The notes beneath the pieces were generated by a model that saw nothing but the letters and a program-made list of their open reading frames with translations, was not told the origin of the DNA and did not search any database. From Trichinella spiralis (lineage: Eukaryota): DNA of 64,000 bases. The translations under genes and the position numbers were made by a program. The stretch covers positions 5,946,129-6,010,128 of the forward strand of contig NW_003526945.1 of assembly GCF_000181795.1 (NCBI RefSeq), in the 5' to 3' direction. Below are positions 41,728 through 56,600 of this stretch, piece by piece (positions within the stretch are counted from its first letter, which is position 1; each line of letters starts with the position of its first letter).

Positions 41728-42730
41728 TTTTGTTGCCAAGCATTAAATGCCCATATTGAATAGATTTCAGCATTAGATGAAATGTTTAGCATTTGTTGCT
41801 TGAAAAAAGTTTTTGTTCATACATTTTTTTGCAGGTATTATTAATCCACTGCATTGCATCATCATAACTCATATTTGTAATTGTTAATTTGGATATTTTG
41901 CATTCAATGGTGAAAGCTTTCTTTATTCGAAGCAAAAATGCACCGTTGAACTTGGAAGTTGAAAAACTCTATTATAAATGACTCTGCGCGATTGTGTTGC
42001 TATTTATGATCCCTAACAACCAAAACAACACCATTCGTTTGCAACAACACAATTTGCGCGGCAACGTCCAAAGTACTAAGACTTTTGGTTTTTTATGTTG
42101 CCGTCAAATTCAGCAAAATTAATTTAAAATTTCCATTCATTCACTCACGTGAATTACTTATGGAAAAAAACAAGTAGTTTACTTTAAATTTTTTTCAAAA
42201 TGCCAATAGTCGTTATTACAGGTACGTTAGCAAATGCTTTGAAAAATAGGCCATTTTCCATGTGATATATGATAAATACAATTTTTTTAGTTATCCAAGT
42301 TTAATTGATTTATTATAATCAATTCAGTTTCCAGTAAATAAATGAGTCGTAACATGAAGTATTGTGAAAGATAATAGGTAAGTTTGTATATATAATTTAT
42401 AAACTTTATATAATGAAATGGGCAAAAATGCTTTTCATTCGTATTTGCATAGTAAGTGTCTAATTTAAAATTTTTGTACATGTAAAATCAAATCAATTCC
42501 TGCAAATATTGCTTGTTCTGATTTGAAATGTGAACAAAAAAAACCGACCAAATAAATGATGGATAATTTTTGATCGAGATGTTTACCATTGGGCGTTGTT
42601 AGCAGTTTGTTTTAGCAACAATCATTATTAGCAAGAATATGAGCGTTAACAATCGGGCATTGAACAGCGTCCATCGTATTGTGATATCGATCGATTGATG
42701 CCGAAGAAAAACGCACCATGAAAATGTGAT

Positions 42731-42744
42731 GTTGTCATGACTAC
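42731..42744 (-). promoter_or_regulatory. Candidate RFX/DAF-19 X-box upstream of the calcyphosine-like gene
   Basis: Minus strand GTAGTC-AT-GACAAC fits the nematode X-box consensus GTHNYY-AT-RRNAAC. A second, RFX-like site GTTTCC-A-AGCAAC is at 43180-43192. Confidence 0.5.
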
Positions 42745-43222
42745 TTGATAAAATTGTCCACTTGATTTGCACACCCCATGGTCAGTATTCGATCTGTTGT
42801 GGTTGGTATACGGCGCATTGTCATCGTTCACTGCCATTTTGTGAATTTCCAAACACTTTCACCTAATCACGTAAGTTGATATGCTCAAAAGAATCAGACA
42901 ATCTTCTTTCTCTTGTTATTCATAATAAATAAATAGAAAAACAAGTAATTTTTATTTCATATATTATTAAGTCATATTAAAATTTATAATGCACAACTCT
43001 ATTCAGAATTTTCAAAATCTGAATATTAGCCAAAGCAGTATTGTTTATTTACGCATGCATAAAATTAAAAATTCAATTATCTCAGTTGTATTACAAATTT
43101 GCTAAATGAAACCAAAAAGAAAAAACAGTCCAACTGATAGATGCTAACTATGGGATTTAATTTTAAAATAATTCAAAGCGTTTCCAAGCAACAGAAATTC
43201 CCATTTGCAATTATTTTAGAGA

Positions 43223-44053
<831 letters not shown>

Positions 44054-44446
44054 TAATACAAGATGGATTTTATTTTTTAATTCATTTTAGCAAGTGCATT
44101 TTTCACTGCCAACTTGTTGTTTCGTACAATTGCCTGAAAGAGAAAAACATAAATAACAACACAACTGCTTCAAATTTTACTCGCAAGCACATAGCACACA
44201 CACACACATACACACAGAGAGAGACTAACCACATATCTAACCAGTGGCTTCTTTCTAGTCGCATGTTTGATTTTGAACACAAACAACAAACTGATTAAAT
44301 AATTTATCATTGTTCACATGCAAATTATTTTATCAAAACAAACAATCATCATCATCAAGTAAATAGTACTTTAAATGGAATAAAATTGCATTTTGATTTA
44401 TGGAGCGTTATTGTATTTTGATTGCTATGAATAGTAATGAATAATT

Positions 44447-47189
44447 TTATATCAGCGCTGCCTTTTTGTGTACCAACAAACCCAAAAATCCACCAGGCAA
44501 ACGAAGACGAATCAAACTAGCGAATGAAATCAACGCTTCGGCCATTGCTTTCAAATCATCTTTCGACTGAGCAATAAAAATGGAGAAAAAAATTAAATGA
44601 ATCAAATGCAAATATATGAACGAATGAAAGAAGTTATTATTATCATTTACGTTTGCTCCGCTGAAACCTCTCTGGTTACTTTCACAGTGGAACAATTTGC
44701 AATCTTCGATCAGCATATTCATGTACGATAGCATCAGTTCAGGTAAAAGCAGTCGAATCTGGGACAAAATTTGCATTGCAAACAAGATAACGCAAACACA
44801 GAGAAGTGAAATTTACCTTGTCTGGTAGATCAGAGGTAGATGAGACATAGTAGTCTTTCTCGATGGCGTTCATTGGGATTAGATTAATACGTCGCAGTAG
44901 CTGAAAAAGAACAAACAACACACATCCACATTTCCTATTTCTACCAATTATAGAACTGTTCAATTACATACTTGAAACGCTTTGCTGAATTCTCGATGGA
45001 AATAAATGGTAAAATAATTGCCGATGAGTAGAATTTTTTGAAACAGTGCCACAGTGTTACGTTTAGCATTGCCGGATGTTAATCTAAATTGTAAAGCAAG
45101 CAAAAAAGACAATCGTTGAATTCAATCCTATAATTGATGATTTTGCTTGTTACCGATCGTTGATTTTGTTAGCAAGATTTAACACCGCCGTTCTCAGTCC
45201 GTCGTCGCGCTCTTGGCGCGTGACGACCGAGAAAAGCATGTTGGTCAACAGTTGCAACGCTTTGTCCATATCGTCGACCAGCTCGTAGCATTGCAACGCC
45301 AGTTGCCATTGTCCACGGGCGTGGGCTGTTTTGGCGACGTAGGCGATGGTCCGGTGTCTTTCGAGCTTGAACGAATCAATGCAGCCCAGCTTATGCAAGC
45401 CAGTTTCGTCGATCCAGCCGAGCAAATAGTTCCTGTCAGCCTGTTGGCGTAGCAGCTTTTCGAAACAGACCGCGAACATGCTGTTCTGGTTGTGGTCGTG
45501 GAACCGGCGCAGCAAGTAGAAATACTTCAGCGCTACTGATGGGGATTGATTTTCAAACTGCGACGTGTACGAGACCACCAGACGGACCAAATTCAAACGA
45601 CACAACGGGCTGCGTCCGCGGCTCACATCCAACAGCGGACCCTGGATGTCGTCGTGTTCGTCGTCGCAGGCCAGCAGACCGTCGGCGTACAAAGCCAACG
45701 CCACGTGCACCGCACAGCTGCGCAACAGTTCACCCTGGCGGCACATGAACTCGATCGCCGCCTCCAACTGACCGCTGAACCAAAGCGCGGTCCAGTAGAC
45801 CAGCGGCGACCGGTGGCGCAGAAAATACTTCTCACCATGTTCAAACAGGACCACCTCCTGGAGCGCTTCCAACGGCAACAAGTTGACACGGTATTTGGAT
45901 TTGGGATGCTTCATCATCGACAGCCGCCGTTCAGTGAGCACCGTCTGACGCAGCTTGATCCAAAGCCAGTCTTCGATACGGTCGAACACGGGCACACTTT
46001 CCATCCAGTCGTTCAACGTGAGCCAACAGTACACCGCCCGCTTGTACGGATCGCCGGTCGTGTTGGCCGCCTTTTCGTACTCCAACAGCAGGTCGTCGTC
46101 GTCGTTGAAATCCATCGGCTCTGACGTTACCGAATCCAGCCGATGAAAAGCCCGGACCAAGGCGTACAAAGCTGGCCCGGCTTCTTCGGCCACTGCCTTC
46201 GCCGCCTGCACGTGACCAGCCCTGAGACAATAGTATATAATAGCCCAGACCGGCTGCTGGTTGACCAACACGTCCTCGTAGCCCGGATACGGGGTCGGCA
46301 TGAGCACGTTCAAAAACGCGGTGACCAGACCCGGCGCGCCGGGCACGGCGCCCATCTGCGCCTGGTGCAGACGTTCCTTCACCACGCCCCGCATGAATTC
46401 CACAAACTGCTTTTGCAAATAGTCCAACACGAGACGGCCGAAATTCAGCTTATACTCTGACGACGACCTGTCGACGAAACCGTTCTCGCCTCTCTTGCAA
46501 GCGGATAACATCAAGTCGGCCAGCAGCTGTACATTTTCCCACATCGTCACCGCGTACTGGTTGTCCAACTGCTTGACCGCTTCGAGGCACCTGCTTCTGA
46601 ATCGCAACCCCAACTCGCCGTGCAACAGCGTGTCCACATAGTCGACGACCACTTTCCTGAAACCAGTCTGCGTCTCACTGATCGCCGTCCAACAATGACC
46701 ACTGGGTCTGGGTCCGTCGGTCGACTGAACCGTCGGCTTGGTCTCGGTGCCCGGCACTAGCACGTAATAATGCTCTTTCTTCATCTTCGTCCAAGCGTTG
46801 CGCTTTTTCAATGCATGCTGACCGCTCCAATTTTCGGTAACTTCGTCGCAGGACGCCTGGACAGCTTGCATGACAATACTTCCACGCGACTCGTCCACAC
46901 TCTTCTGAAATGGATCGATCAGCTGACGAGCCCGCCTGGCCAAATGCTTGGAATGGGCATCGTCGCCCAACAAGCCGACCTTGCTGTCGACCGTAATGGA
47001 CAGTTCAACAGTCGACGCATTATCCTGCTCGTCTGTGGTCGACGCGGCCGTGGTCCGACGCCACAGCTTCTCGCCGAGTTCGGTCGCCTGACGTATCGTG
47101 TCCAACGACACGCTGCCCGATTTCGGTGAGCCGCAGTTCACCGATGAGCTCAACTGGTCAGCTCGACTCAACAATTCCAACAATTCCAT
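44447..47189 (-). CDS. nup93: Nucleoporin Nup93/Nic96
   Basis: Large exon 45154-47189 with PVWAIIYYCLRAG, DPYKRAVY, IEDWLWIKL, GQLEAAIEF, AVHVALAL and ALKYFYLL. Four small 3' exons follow, ending in a Nup93-like tail (AEALISFASLIRLRLPG). Confidence 0.92.
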
Positions 47190-48229
47190 TCGCTTCAGTT
47201 CACTAAAAAGGTAATTTAATTAAATACTAATAATGGAAACCAATCCATTTATTATATAAAAATCAAAAAGAAACACTTTTCTTTCAATAATTAATAGTAT
47301 AACATCATAAGATAGAACAACGAAGAACAAACTTTATCAATACACAAGCAGTAGCAACACAAATGCTACCACCTAAACCTAAAAATTTTATCAATAAAGT
47401 TTAGATTTTGAAAAAAACACAAAATTTCCCTTGGTATGTCATCCACAAATAAATTACATTCAAACAGTACATCATGGGATAAAATTATTCAAAATTTCAG
47501 CATTCTTCTGTTTGCAATGTGAACATCAGCAAAAAACCGGTGCTTGATGCACTTATTACAATTATTCAAAATTGTAAGAAAAAAAACCAGCTTCAGTAAC
47601 AGGCTTGAAAAAGTCGAGTCGAGAGGCTTGAAATAAAAAAATAATTCAGAAATTGGTGGCGTCATTAGAAAGCAATAAGAACAACAACATGGAATATTGT
47701 GTCAAATTTGAAAAAAAGATAGCTAAAATTCTAGGCAGCTTAAATTATCCTGAAACTTTTTCAAGGCAAAACAACAAATGGGATTAAGAATAACAATATT
47801 GAACTAAATTTCCAGTTAGTACAAAATAATGACAATCAAGTTTTAATTATCTATACTGTAACAATATTTTGTGATTATTGGTTATTATGTAAATATTTTG
47901 TTTAAATGCCAAAATATAAAATTTTATTTGTTTTATATTATATTTTACATGAATTTTATTTAATCTGACAGTGTTTTTGTTAAATAGAACTATCGTCGAA
48001 GTATCATCCCATGAGAAATTAGTGATGATGTAATTGTCATCAGCAAGCGTAATTTAACAAGGTAGATAAGTAACAAATAAAATTTAAAACTAAAATAAAA
48101 ATGTATTAAATTAAAAAATTTTAATTTTATAATCATCTGAACAAAATCATATATAATACACACATTTGAATTATGAAATAACAATAATAATTTCTTATTA
48201 TCATAATTTTAACGAAAAACAAATGATAA

Positions 48230-49321
48230 TCAGTTTAAGTTTTCTTCATATTCATTCTGTGGTGCGTTTAAATACATCTTTTTGAATGTATTTATTAAAT
48301 AATCGTGATTGGGTATTTCACTTTGCAACAAGTCGTTCAAATAATTATACACTTCAAGAAACTCTTCCAGATAATTTTTCTTGTAGCTTTTCCTATTTCT
48401 TTTTCCATAGCTTAAACGTTTAAATTCTCTTTCAATGTCACCTCTACTTTTCAATTTATTGTTGTACATGCTTATTAACATGAATAAGCATGCCATTGCA
48501 TCTTCTTTATATCCAGTTCTTACAAGAAGCGCTTCTTTCAGGCAAAATTTCCTAGCTATACCAAAGTCTAACAGGTAAACATTATTAAAACTTCCATCTC
48601 TGCCGACAGCAAAGTTCTCTTGCTTGATATCACCATGCACATACTGTTCTTCATGTAGTTCTTTAATTGCTTCAAAGCAATGAATTGCGATCTTACAGAC
48701 GTCGGCGTACTTGAACGCATTATTTGGGATTTCATTTTGAATTTGCAGAAGGTTTTTGCCAGCTAAAGTCATTATCATATAATTCATATCATTTTCCTTT
48801 CCACTCGTTATCAGTTTGCAAATGTGATCTTTATGCTCTACTTTTTTCAAAATTTCAATTTCAGTTTTCAACGCTTGGAAAGAATCGATAAGCTCAACCT
48901 AAACATACAAAAAAGTTAATGGAGTAAAAAGAAAGTGGTCCATTTATGATGTCTTATAAAATTATATATTTTAATATCATAAAAATCAATAATAAAAGAA
49001 AATTAATAACCATTATCAACAAGTTACAAATTAGTACAAAAAATATCTTAGTTAAATAAAATTATCCAAGAAACTTCTATCCAAATTATCTGTTTTGATA
49101 ACTTTCATGTTTTATAAATAAGAATGATGTGGAGTTTAAAAAAATTAGTGCACCTTTGCAGCGTAATGTTCTTCATTTTCTGATTGCATGTCTATTACAT
49201 CGTAGACGCTACCGAACAAACCATTGCCGAGAAATCTGGCAACTTTCCAGCGGTTGGCAATAACGTAATCGACGGGAAGATTCGGAAGATCAAAAATTTT
49301 TATGCTCCCTAGAATCGACAT
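48230..49321 (-). CDS. Divergent casein kinase 1 / tau-tubulin kinase-like protein kinase
   Basis: Exon 49154-49321 (NRWKVARFLGNGLFGSVYDV…YAAK) joins exon 48230-48898 in phase 0 (VE…LKTEIEIL, MTLAGKNL, HGDIKQENFAVG, VYLLDFGIARKF). A possible extra in-frame upstream exon lies at 49429-49530. Confidence 0.85.
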
Positions 49322-50436
49322 CTAAAAAGAATTCAAATAAATAAATATTAAAGTAAATGACTAGTAGTAAATGGATAGTAAAACAAAATGAAGCAAATAT
49401 ATGAACAAAAAACAGCACAGTAGCATACCTCGCAAGCTACGACCAAGAACGCACATACAAATGCACAGCAATCCGGATCAGCAGCTTTTGCAGTGCTTAA
49501 CTTTAAACTTTGCTTAACTTTAAAAATCATTTTAAAATTTGATAACCCTGGAGCTTATTTTAAATTAATTAAACTAAAATTTATTAAATTCCAACCGTAT
49601 CAGATTAAAATACTTCCATTGTAATACATTACTTTAAAAATTAATTTCTGGTCTTCTCTGTTTGAACTGTTCATATTTTGTGATGCTGCCTATTCTTTAA
49701 TGCTTCGAAATGATTAATGATAATCTCCAGTAAACTGCACAATGTTGTTATTCTGGAGTAAAGTTAGAGTTAAGTTTCTTGATTTTTGGCTTTGTCGATG
49801 AGCCCCATTTTACACCGTCCTCATCACAGTTACAAGTTGTATAAGGGAAACACTATCGTTAAAAATTGTAATCTCATTTTCCCCTGATTTCCCGTGCTGC
49901 ACAAATAAATTAAATATATTTAATTCACTAAATATGTAAGTAATAATACATTAATGAAATGAATTAACTTTTAAAATTTGTTTAAATTTAACAGCTCTAA
50001 AATAATTTTAAGTTGTTGTTGAGAATATGAAGACCTCAATAGAATTGCGATATGCTGGCAAATTATTTCATATAGAACTATTATTAACTTATTTAAAAAT
50101 TATAAATCATGACGACTTTTTATTTTTTTATAGCATTTTTTGGCAAATGAAGTAAATTCGATGCGCAAAATCTATGAACACATAATGTATAGAGTAACCT
50201 GAAAATCTTTAATTGATGTAATATATGCAGAATTTACTTTTTGTGTTTGCAACAATTTTGACTAAGTTTGCCCAAAATATAATTTTAATTTTAAATACAA
50301 TATGTATTTTAAGCAAATTATAAAATAAACTTTATGCTATATGCGATCTTTTATGCTGTTCAACTTGTTCAAATTTGAAGGCAATAGTTGAATATTATTG
50401 ATTTTTTATTTACGCTTATATTTCAGTGTGCAGAGA

Positions 50437-52085
50437 ATGTTTTCTTCAAACAGGCGGTGTATTGATTGGAAAGATGATGATGAAGCAAAACTGGTGCCAC
50501 TTGCTAAACAGAAGTTTCAGATGTTTACTAAAGCAAAAAGATGTCTGCGAGTTTTGCCAAATGGTTGCACTGCTAGGTGAAAAGCGGTCCTGAAGTGCTC
50601 GCGTTGGCCCTAATCTCATTTGGTTTGTTAGCCTTTGTCATGGCCATAATATATATTTGTTTTAATTAAACAGCGAATGGTTAATTATTATGTGCACAAA
50701 GCTTCTGGACTTGCCTGACAATTGTTTGCTGCACATTTTGGAAAATTTGACTATTATGCAATGCACTTATTGCAAATTAATTTGCAAGCGTTTTGTGATT
50801 CTTTGCGAGTACTCAATTCGATGTCGGAATCAATTGTATTTTCCCGATTTTTCAAAGAATGGTGATGATTGCGTCGATGCAAATGAAATAACAAATCGGC
50901 TTCTCCAAATACTTGCCCTGTACGGATATAGGTTCAAGTAAGTAATTTTTTTCTTTTCCAGAAACATAAGAACGTTAAAGATTTTAAATGACAATATGCT
51001 AGAAGGTTTATAATCAATATTTTTTGTTTATTATCTGCAGTAGCCAATCATAAGTTTGAACTAATAAATATTTTTGTTAAATGCTAATTCCTATAAGCAG
51101 CTTGTAATGCAGTCTTCTTGAGATTTATTTTAAAATAGAATTCCCCATTATTGGTTATATTACGATTCAGGAATCTAACAGAAGGAGTTTACAAAAGTAA
51201 TAAATTATTTAATCAAATTTGAAGTAGTAAATAATTTGCGTTTAGAATTGCAAAAATGGGCGCCATAATATAAAGCTTTGCATTTATAATTTTTATTCAG
51301 GGACATTTTTGTGGGATTCACATTTTTCCAACTAAAAAAAGAATTAATCGATGCTATAGCAGTGCACTGCACTTCTTTGAATAAGTTGGATGTATCTTTC
51401 GCAAGAGCGGAGACGAACTTGGTATCTATACTCAGAGAAGCAAAATCAACATTGAACGCTTTAAATATAGAAGAAGTAAATTGGATTCAAAAGGAAGATT
51501 ATTATTCCACATTGAAAGAGCTTTCAGCATTACCTAAACTGAAAGAATTGAATGCAAGACGATTTTAGTAAGATATTTTACAAACAGCGTATAAAAATGC
51601 TTGTTTATTTAAAATTCTTTAATTGTAGTAGCTATTATCCAATACTTCCAAATGATACTTCATTTTACCTGAACAACAGTGTAATTAATTTGAATTTGTC
51701 TGGAAATCGATGGCTTTCAAAACAGCAGCTTCATTTTGTTTTGTCAAATTTGACGCAGCTAAAAACGCTAAAGCTATCTTGTCTTTCCAATGTCGTGGAT
51801 TCGGACATTATCAAGCTCATTTCAACAATGAAAAAACTGGAAATTTTGGAATTGAATAATATATCCCGTTTAGATTTATCCCTTTCTGAACTCTGCCACC
51901 TGAACGGTTCATTGAAAAAGTTGTACCTAAGAGATAATTCTGCACTTAATGATATCACCTTTTTCATGCTGTTGGAAAAATGCTATTCTATGGAAATTAT
52001 GGACGTGCGATTTTGCTTATTGTCGAGCAAAGCATTAAATTTTGCCAGAAAACAACACAAGGTGAAAATTATATTTGAATGCTAA
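50437..52085 (+). CDS. F-box/leucine-rich-repeat protein
   Basis: Exon 50437-50576 joins in phase to 50674. F-box LLDLPDNCLLHILENL…CKRF, then LRR motifs (CTSLNKLDVS, LPKLKELNA, LTQLKTLKLS, LEILELNN, LKKLYLRDN, MEIMDVRFC). Internal small exons are approximate. Confidence 0.85.
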
Positions 52086-53631
52086 AGTGGCTTTATGGCG
52101 ATAATCGGAAATTATTCGTATCGATTGCAAATGTTGTCTTTGTAAAAATGTTGCATTATTAATTTTAGAAATTACTGCCATTAGTGCTTACTATGTGAAG
52201 AACATTTTATAAAATAAAATGTTTGTAAATTTGTTAAATGCTTTTCCGTAAAAGAAGCGAGCAGCAAATGTTGTAAATTGTAAAATATGTTGCTACTTAT
52301 GGCAGACTTGAAAAATATTTTCTACATAGTTTTTGTTATAAAATTTATGGACTTTATGCTGCAACGCTTTTATGCAGTTGAAAAGCGCTGTTAATGTAAA
52401 AATACTTAAAATTTAATAATTATTGAAATATTAATTTCAATAAATTGAAGAAACTGAAAGATAGACAAGCAACAAAAGTGATATTTTGAAAGCAGTATTT
52501 CAATTTATAAAATATATTTGTTATCTTAATGGATTTGATTTCAACTGCTTTTCTCACTTGTTGACTTGAAAATAACTAATAATATCAAATATAATGCTTT
52601 TCACCGTAAATCAGTGTTCAAAATATATTAATTTATTTGAAAATTTTGTGAAGTGCAATTATAATGCATAGATGTTTTTTAAATATTTTTTGCATCTTAG
52701 CAAATAAATTGCTTGTTAATTTCAAATGATTAATCATGATATTGCAATTTAATAAATGTGTTTGAATTTTTTTATCTGACCTAACATATGCACAGCAGAT
52801 GTTTTGATATGGTTTGGCGTAAACAAAAAACAAAGATGCAAATATGTATATATATGTATATGTATATGTATATGTGTATGCGTATATACGTTTTAAAATA
52901 AAGTTTAGAATTGTACGGATTTGAAAAGTTGAGCTTTGTTTGATGTGTAAGTTTGCAATTGGGTAGCATGCAGTAAAAATATGCTACTCTTTGTCGGCGT
53001 CATCGTCACAAATTTCACTGATTCAAGGGACGAAAGTAGAAGCTGGAAGTTGTAAGGAATGAAACTCAAATTTAACTACGTAGCAGTTCTGCTGCTTGGA
53101 TACGCTTTTTGACGACAGCGGAACACGCTGGAAACGAAAAATCACAACTGGCTAGCCGTTGTGATGATGGGTTAGCTTGAAGAATTTGAATTCCAGTTGC
53201 CTCAGTCCGGCCGCATGTTTAAGAAGCAGACGCGGCTGCAATTTCAAATAATGCATTAGCATTAGCATAACAGCTGGCCAGTGACGACACAGCTTTGACG
53301 AGTAGTTTGTAGTAGTTGCCTACGTCTGCCCAGCTGCTTGTGAATGAATTTTCCAAGCCGTGCACTCTTGTTGGCCCGCTTGTCCGCATCTCAGCAATAT
53401 TATTCGCTTCTACTCCCAAGTGCAAGCACCGCTCACACGCGACCGACCCTCTTCTGCTTTTTCTCTTTCAACTAACTATAACGCCGAAACTTCTTCTTCT
53501 TACGAAAATCTTTTTCCAACCAATGCAATACAGCTTAAATTGACTTTCAGTTGGTGCTAATATTGCTTCTTGTTTGGCTTGGTTCTTCGAATCCAGATAT
53601 TTTTGCACCGTTGTCAAAAAATTTCCACATC

Positions 53632-56600
53632 ATGACAACTACCGGCTATACGAGCAAATATAGCTCATACAAGAAGTATATCACCTCCAGCGAAGTGTCA
53701 TTTGCATCTAATCAACGACGATCCAGCTATAAAAGTGAAATAGCTGATGAATATATCAGCTCACGTGGCAATAGTTCCAGGCAAAAAGAAATAATAACTG
53801 TAAGTATTCTGCAATTTACTTTCTGATTGCATATTTTACAAGTTAAAACTGACATGTCAAATATACAACAAATTATGATCGTTATGTAAATTTTTTTTTA
53901 CTTTACATATAAAATTGACTTTCATTATTAATATTTCTTATAACTTGTGTATAGAAAAGTATACAAATATTCGACGATTGTCATAAAATTGAACTTGAAT
54001 TTTATTGATACGACCTATTGATTTTATATTCACTGATTATTTATCTTTCAAACTTTGTTGGACAATTAAATATCTATAAAATTTATGTGTGAAATGAATA
54101 TATTTTACTCATTTGAACGTGTTGGAAAACAAAAGTTAACCACGTGATAACATTTTCATTCAGATAATTAATATTCGCCACTTCTTCAGAGTGCGTGTTG
54201 TTGTATTCGGCGAAAATGTCAAATTCAACGTTATTTGCATAAAGTAAAAATATGATTACGTGCAGTTGAAAACAATACTAACATCTGTTTTCAATTTTGT
54301 TCTTCAATTATCAGATTTGTATATGCCAAAATGGAATTATCATTGGCATAATAAAAGCAGAATTTAGAATTGCATAATTTTGAAAAAAATGTTTCTAGAA
54401 TTTGTTTGAAGCAAATAAGTGTTAAATCAGTTAAATACTATGAAGTAAAGAGCGCATTTTTTTCACTTGATCTTATATAGCTTGAATGAAAGTAAAAATA
54501 GACAACTGACGTCAAACGTGAATACTTCTAGTATGAAATCACAAAGATGTCAGTATTTCAGTAATTTTAAGAACGTTAATTTGAAGCAAGCATTTTAAAT
54601 AACAATATATTTTTACTTTAATTTTTTTACTTGATTTTTAATTGAGGTCAAATAAAAAATTTATTTACTGGAATGTTTTTAATTTGTTTAATTAATTTGT
54701 TTTCAACTTGAATAATGTGATGAATTTCAAATTAATCATTCATGTTGTTTATTGTCATTTGCAAGTCTGTTATTTTTGTTTTGACATAAACGAATATAAA
54801 TAACTATTAAAAATTTTTCTTTGCTGATTCATAATTTTTCATTTAAACTTATTTTCAGGGTAGCGATACGCACAGTTTGCCGGTGTACATTGTAACTCAG
54901 GATTTCAATCCGGATGTTTCGAACACGGATGCATTGCCACTCGAAGAGGGTCAGATTGTTGAAGTGTTGGACAGCAAAAATGCCTCATCATGGCTGGTTC
55001 GAACGAAGGTTAAAGCATTTTTTAAAATTGATTTCTTCATTCAGCTTTTTTTTTGACAAACATGATCCTTTCGAAGATCTCTTCATCTCATCGTTTGACA
55101 ATCACAGTGTTTAATGTTTAAATGCAGCTCGAATAAACAGAAATAACTTATGCATGAAATGCAGTTGAAATCTGCAATTTTAAATTATAATAATGCTTGT
55201 CAAATTGTAATTCAAGGCTCGTCCACCGAAAATTGGCTGGGCGCCAGGAACACTTTTCGAAACTCCGACTGAATATTATCGGCACCGACGCGAATCTAGA
55301 GAGCTCACTCCGACCGATGTACCCATGACAAAAAAGGAAGAAGCTCTTTTGAAGCGAAAGTAAATTTACACTATTCAATTTAGTTTAAATGCAATTTCAT
55401 TTTATATTTATGCAATAAAAAAGCAAAAATATAATAATACAGGCATGATCATTCGTTAAGTTCATGTTTTCGTTTAAGCCAAATTTGGGTATTAAACTTT
55501 TCAAATTATTAGTTGACTTATTTCATATTAAACTGTTGGTTAGTCATTTTTCATACTTTTTTCTAAAATGCGGACTATACAATGTATAACAAGTTAATGT
55601 TGACTGTAAATATTTTTGTACCTTATTCATGCTTACTGTAATTGAAAAGTCAATTTTGTTTTTGCATTTTCAGCGCTGTATTCCAGCAGCTGATGAAATC
55701 AGAAGAAGTATACGTTTCAGAGCTGCACCATCTTCTCGAAACATACTTACACTTTCTTGACGACCAGTCGCCGCCGTTAGCTGTTCGGCAGCTAAAAGAA
55801 CAGCTGTCATTAAATTTGCGCGAAATTTATAACTTTCACGCCAAGTATTTTTCTCGAAAACGTTTCTATAAACTGAATTTCATATTTCACATTTTCACCA
55901 TTCAGTGTGTTGTTGAAAGGATTCCAGTACTATAGCGATGATCCTGGAATTGTCGGCCAAACGTTTATGCGACTTGAAAGAGATTTTGATCATCATATCA
56001 AATACTGCCACGATGAACCTGATACGGAAAAGCTTATTGAAGAACCAGTTGTTAAGCAGTATTTTGAGGTAATTCTTTTTTTTACTACATGTCTGTAACT
56101 GTACTTACACAGGATACTTTGCTGTGTAATAATTTATTGAATTCAAATATTTTATATACTACTTAAACTGCACTGAATTTGAATAAAATGTTGTTTACAG
56201 AAGTTGATATAAAACCTGAATTTTTACTGTACTCTAGTGTAATTATAATTTTGTTTTAATACATTCAAAAGCTTAAATAATAATTCTTCTTTAAAATAAT
56301 TAATTAATTAATAAAAACCAAAGTTAAAATTAAACATTTTATCATCCGCATGTTATACTGATAGCAACACTTGCGTGAGTGTAAAAATTGCCAGTTATCG
56401 AAAAACATGTAGTTGATGGAAAAGTTAAAAAAACCTCATTTAAGAGTATTCGCGATCGCATCGAAACTGCAGAAAAGACTTTGTTGGATTATTTGCAGCT
56501 TCCAATCAAACGAATTCAAGAATATCAGCAATTTCTGAAAGTAAGCACGTATTCTAATTTTCATTGGCCGCTATATTTGATTTTTCAATAGGAAATGATT

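Noticed and set aside
42646..42852. 68-aa minus-strand ORF upstream of calcyphosine
   Set aside because: TTG start and no motifs; better explained as the promoter/5'UTR exon of the + strand gene.
45213..47129. Many + strand and alternate-frame ORFs overlapping Nup93
   Set aside because: Shadow ORFs expected in a GC-rich exon with few stop codons; no recognisable motifs.
56388..56443. Apparent insertion (PVIEKHVVDGKVKKTSFK) in the UNC-89 DH domain
   Set aside because: It is intronic read-through; a phase-0 acceptor at 56443 gives the expected …YFE|SIRDRIE… alignment.
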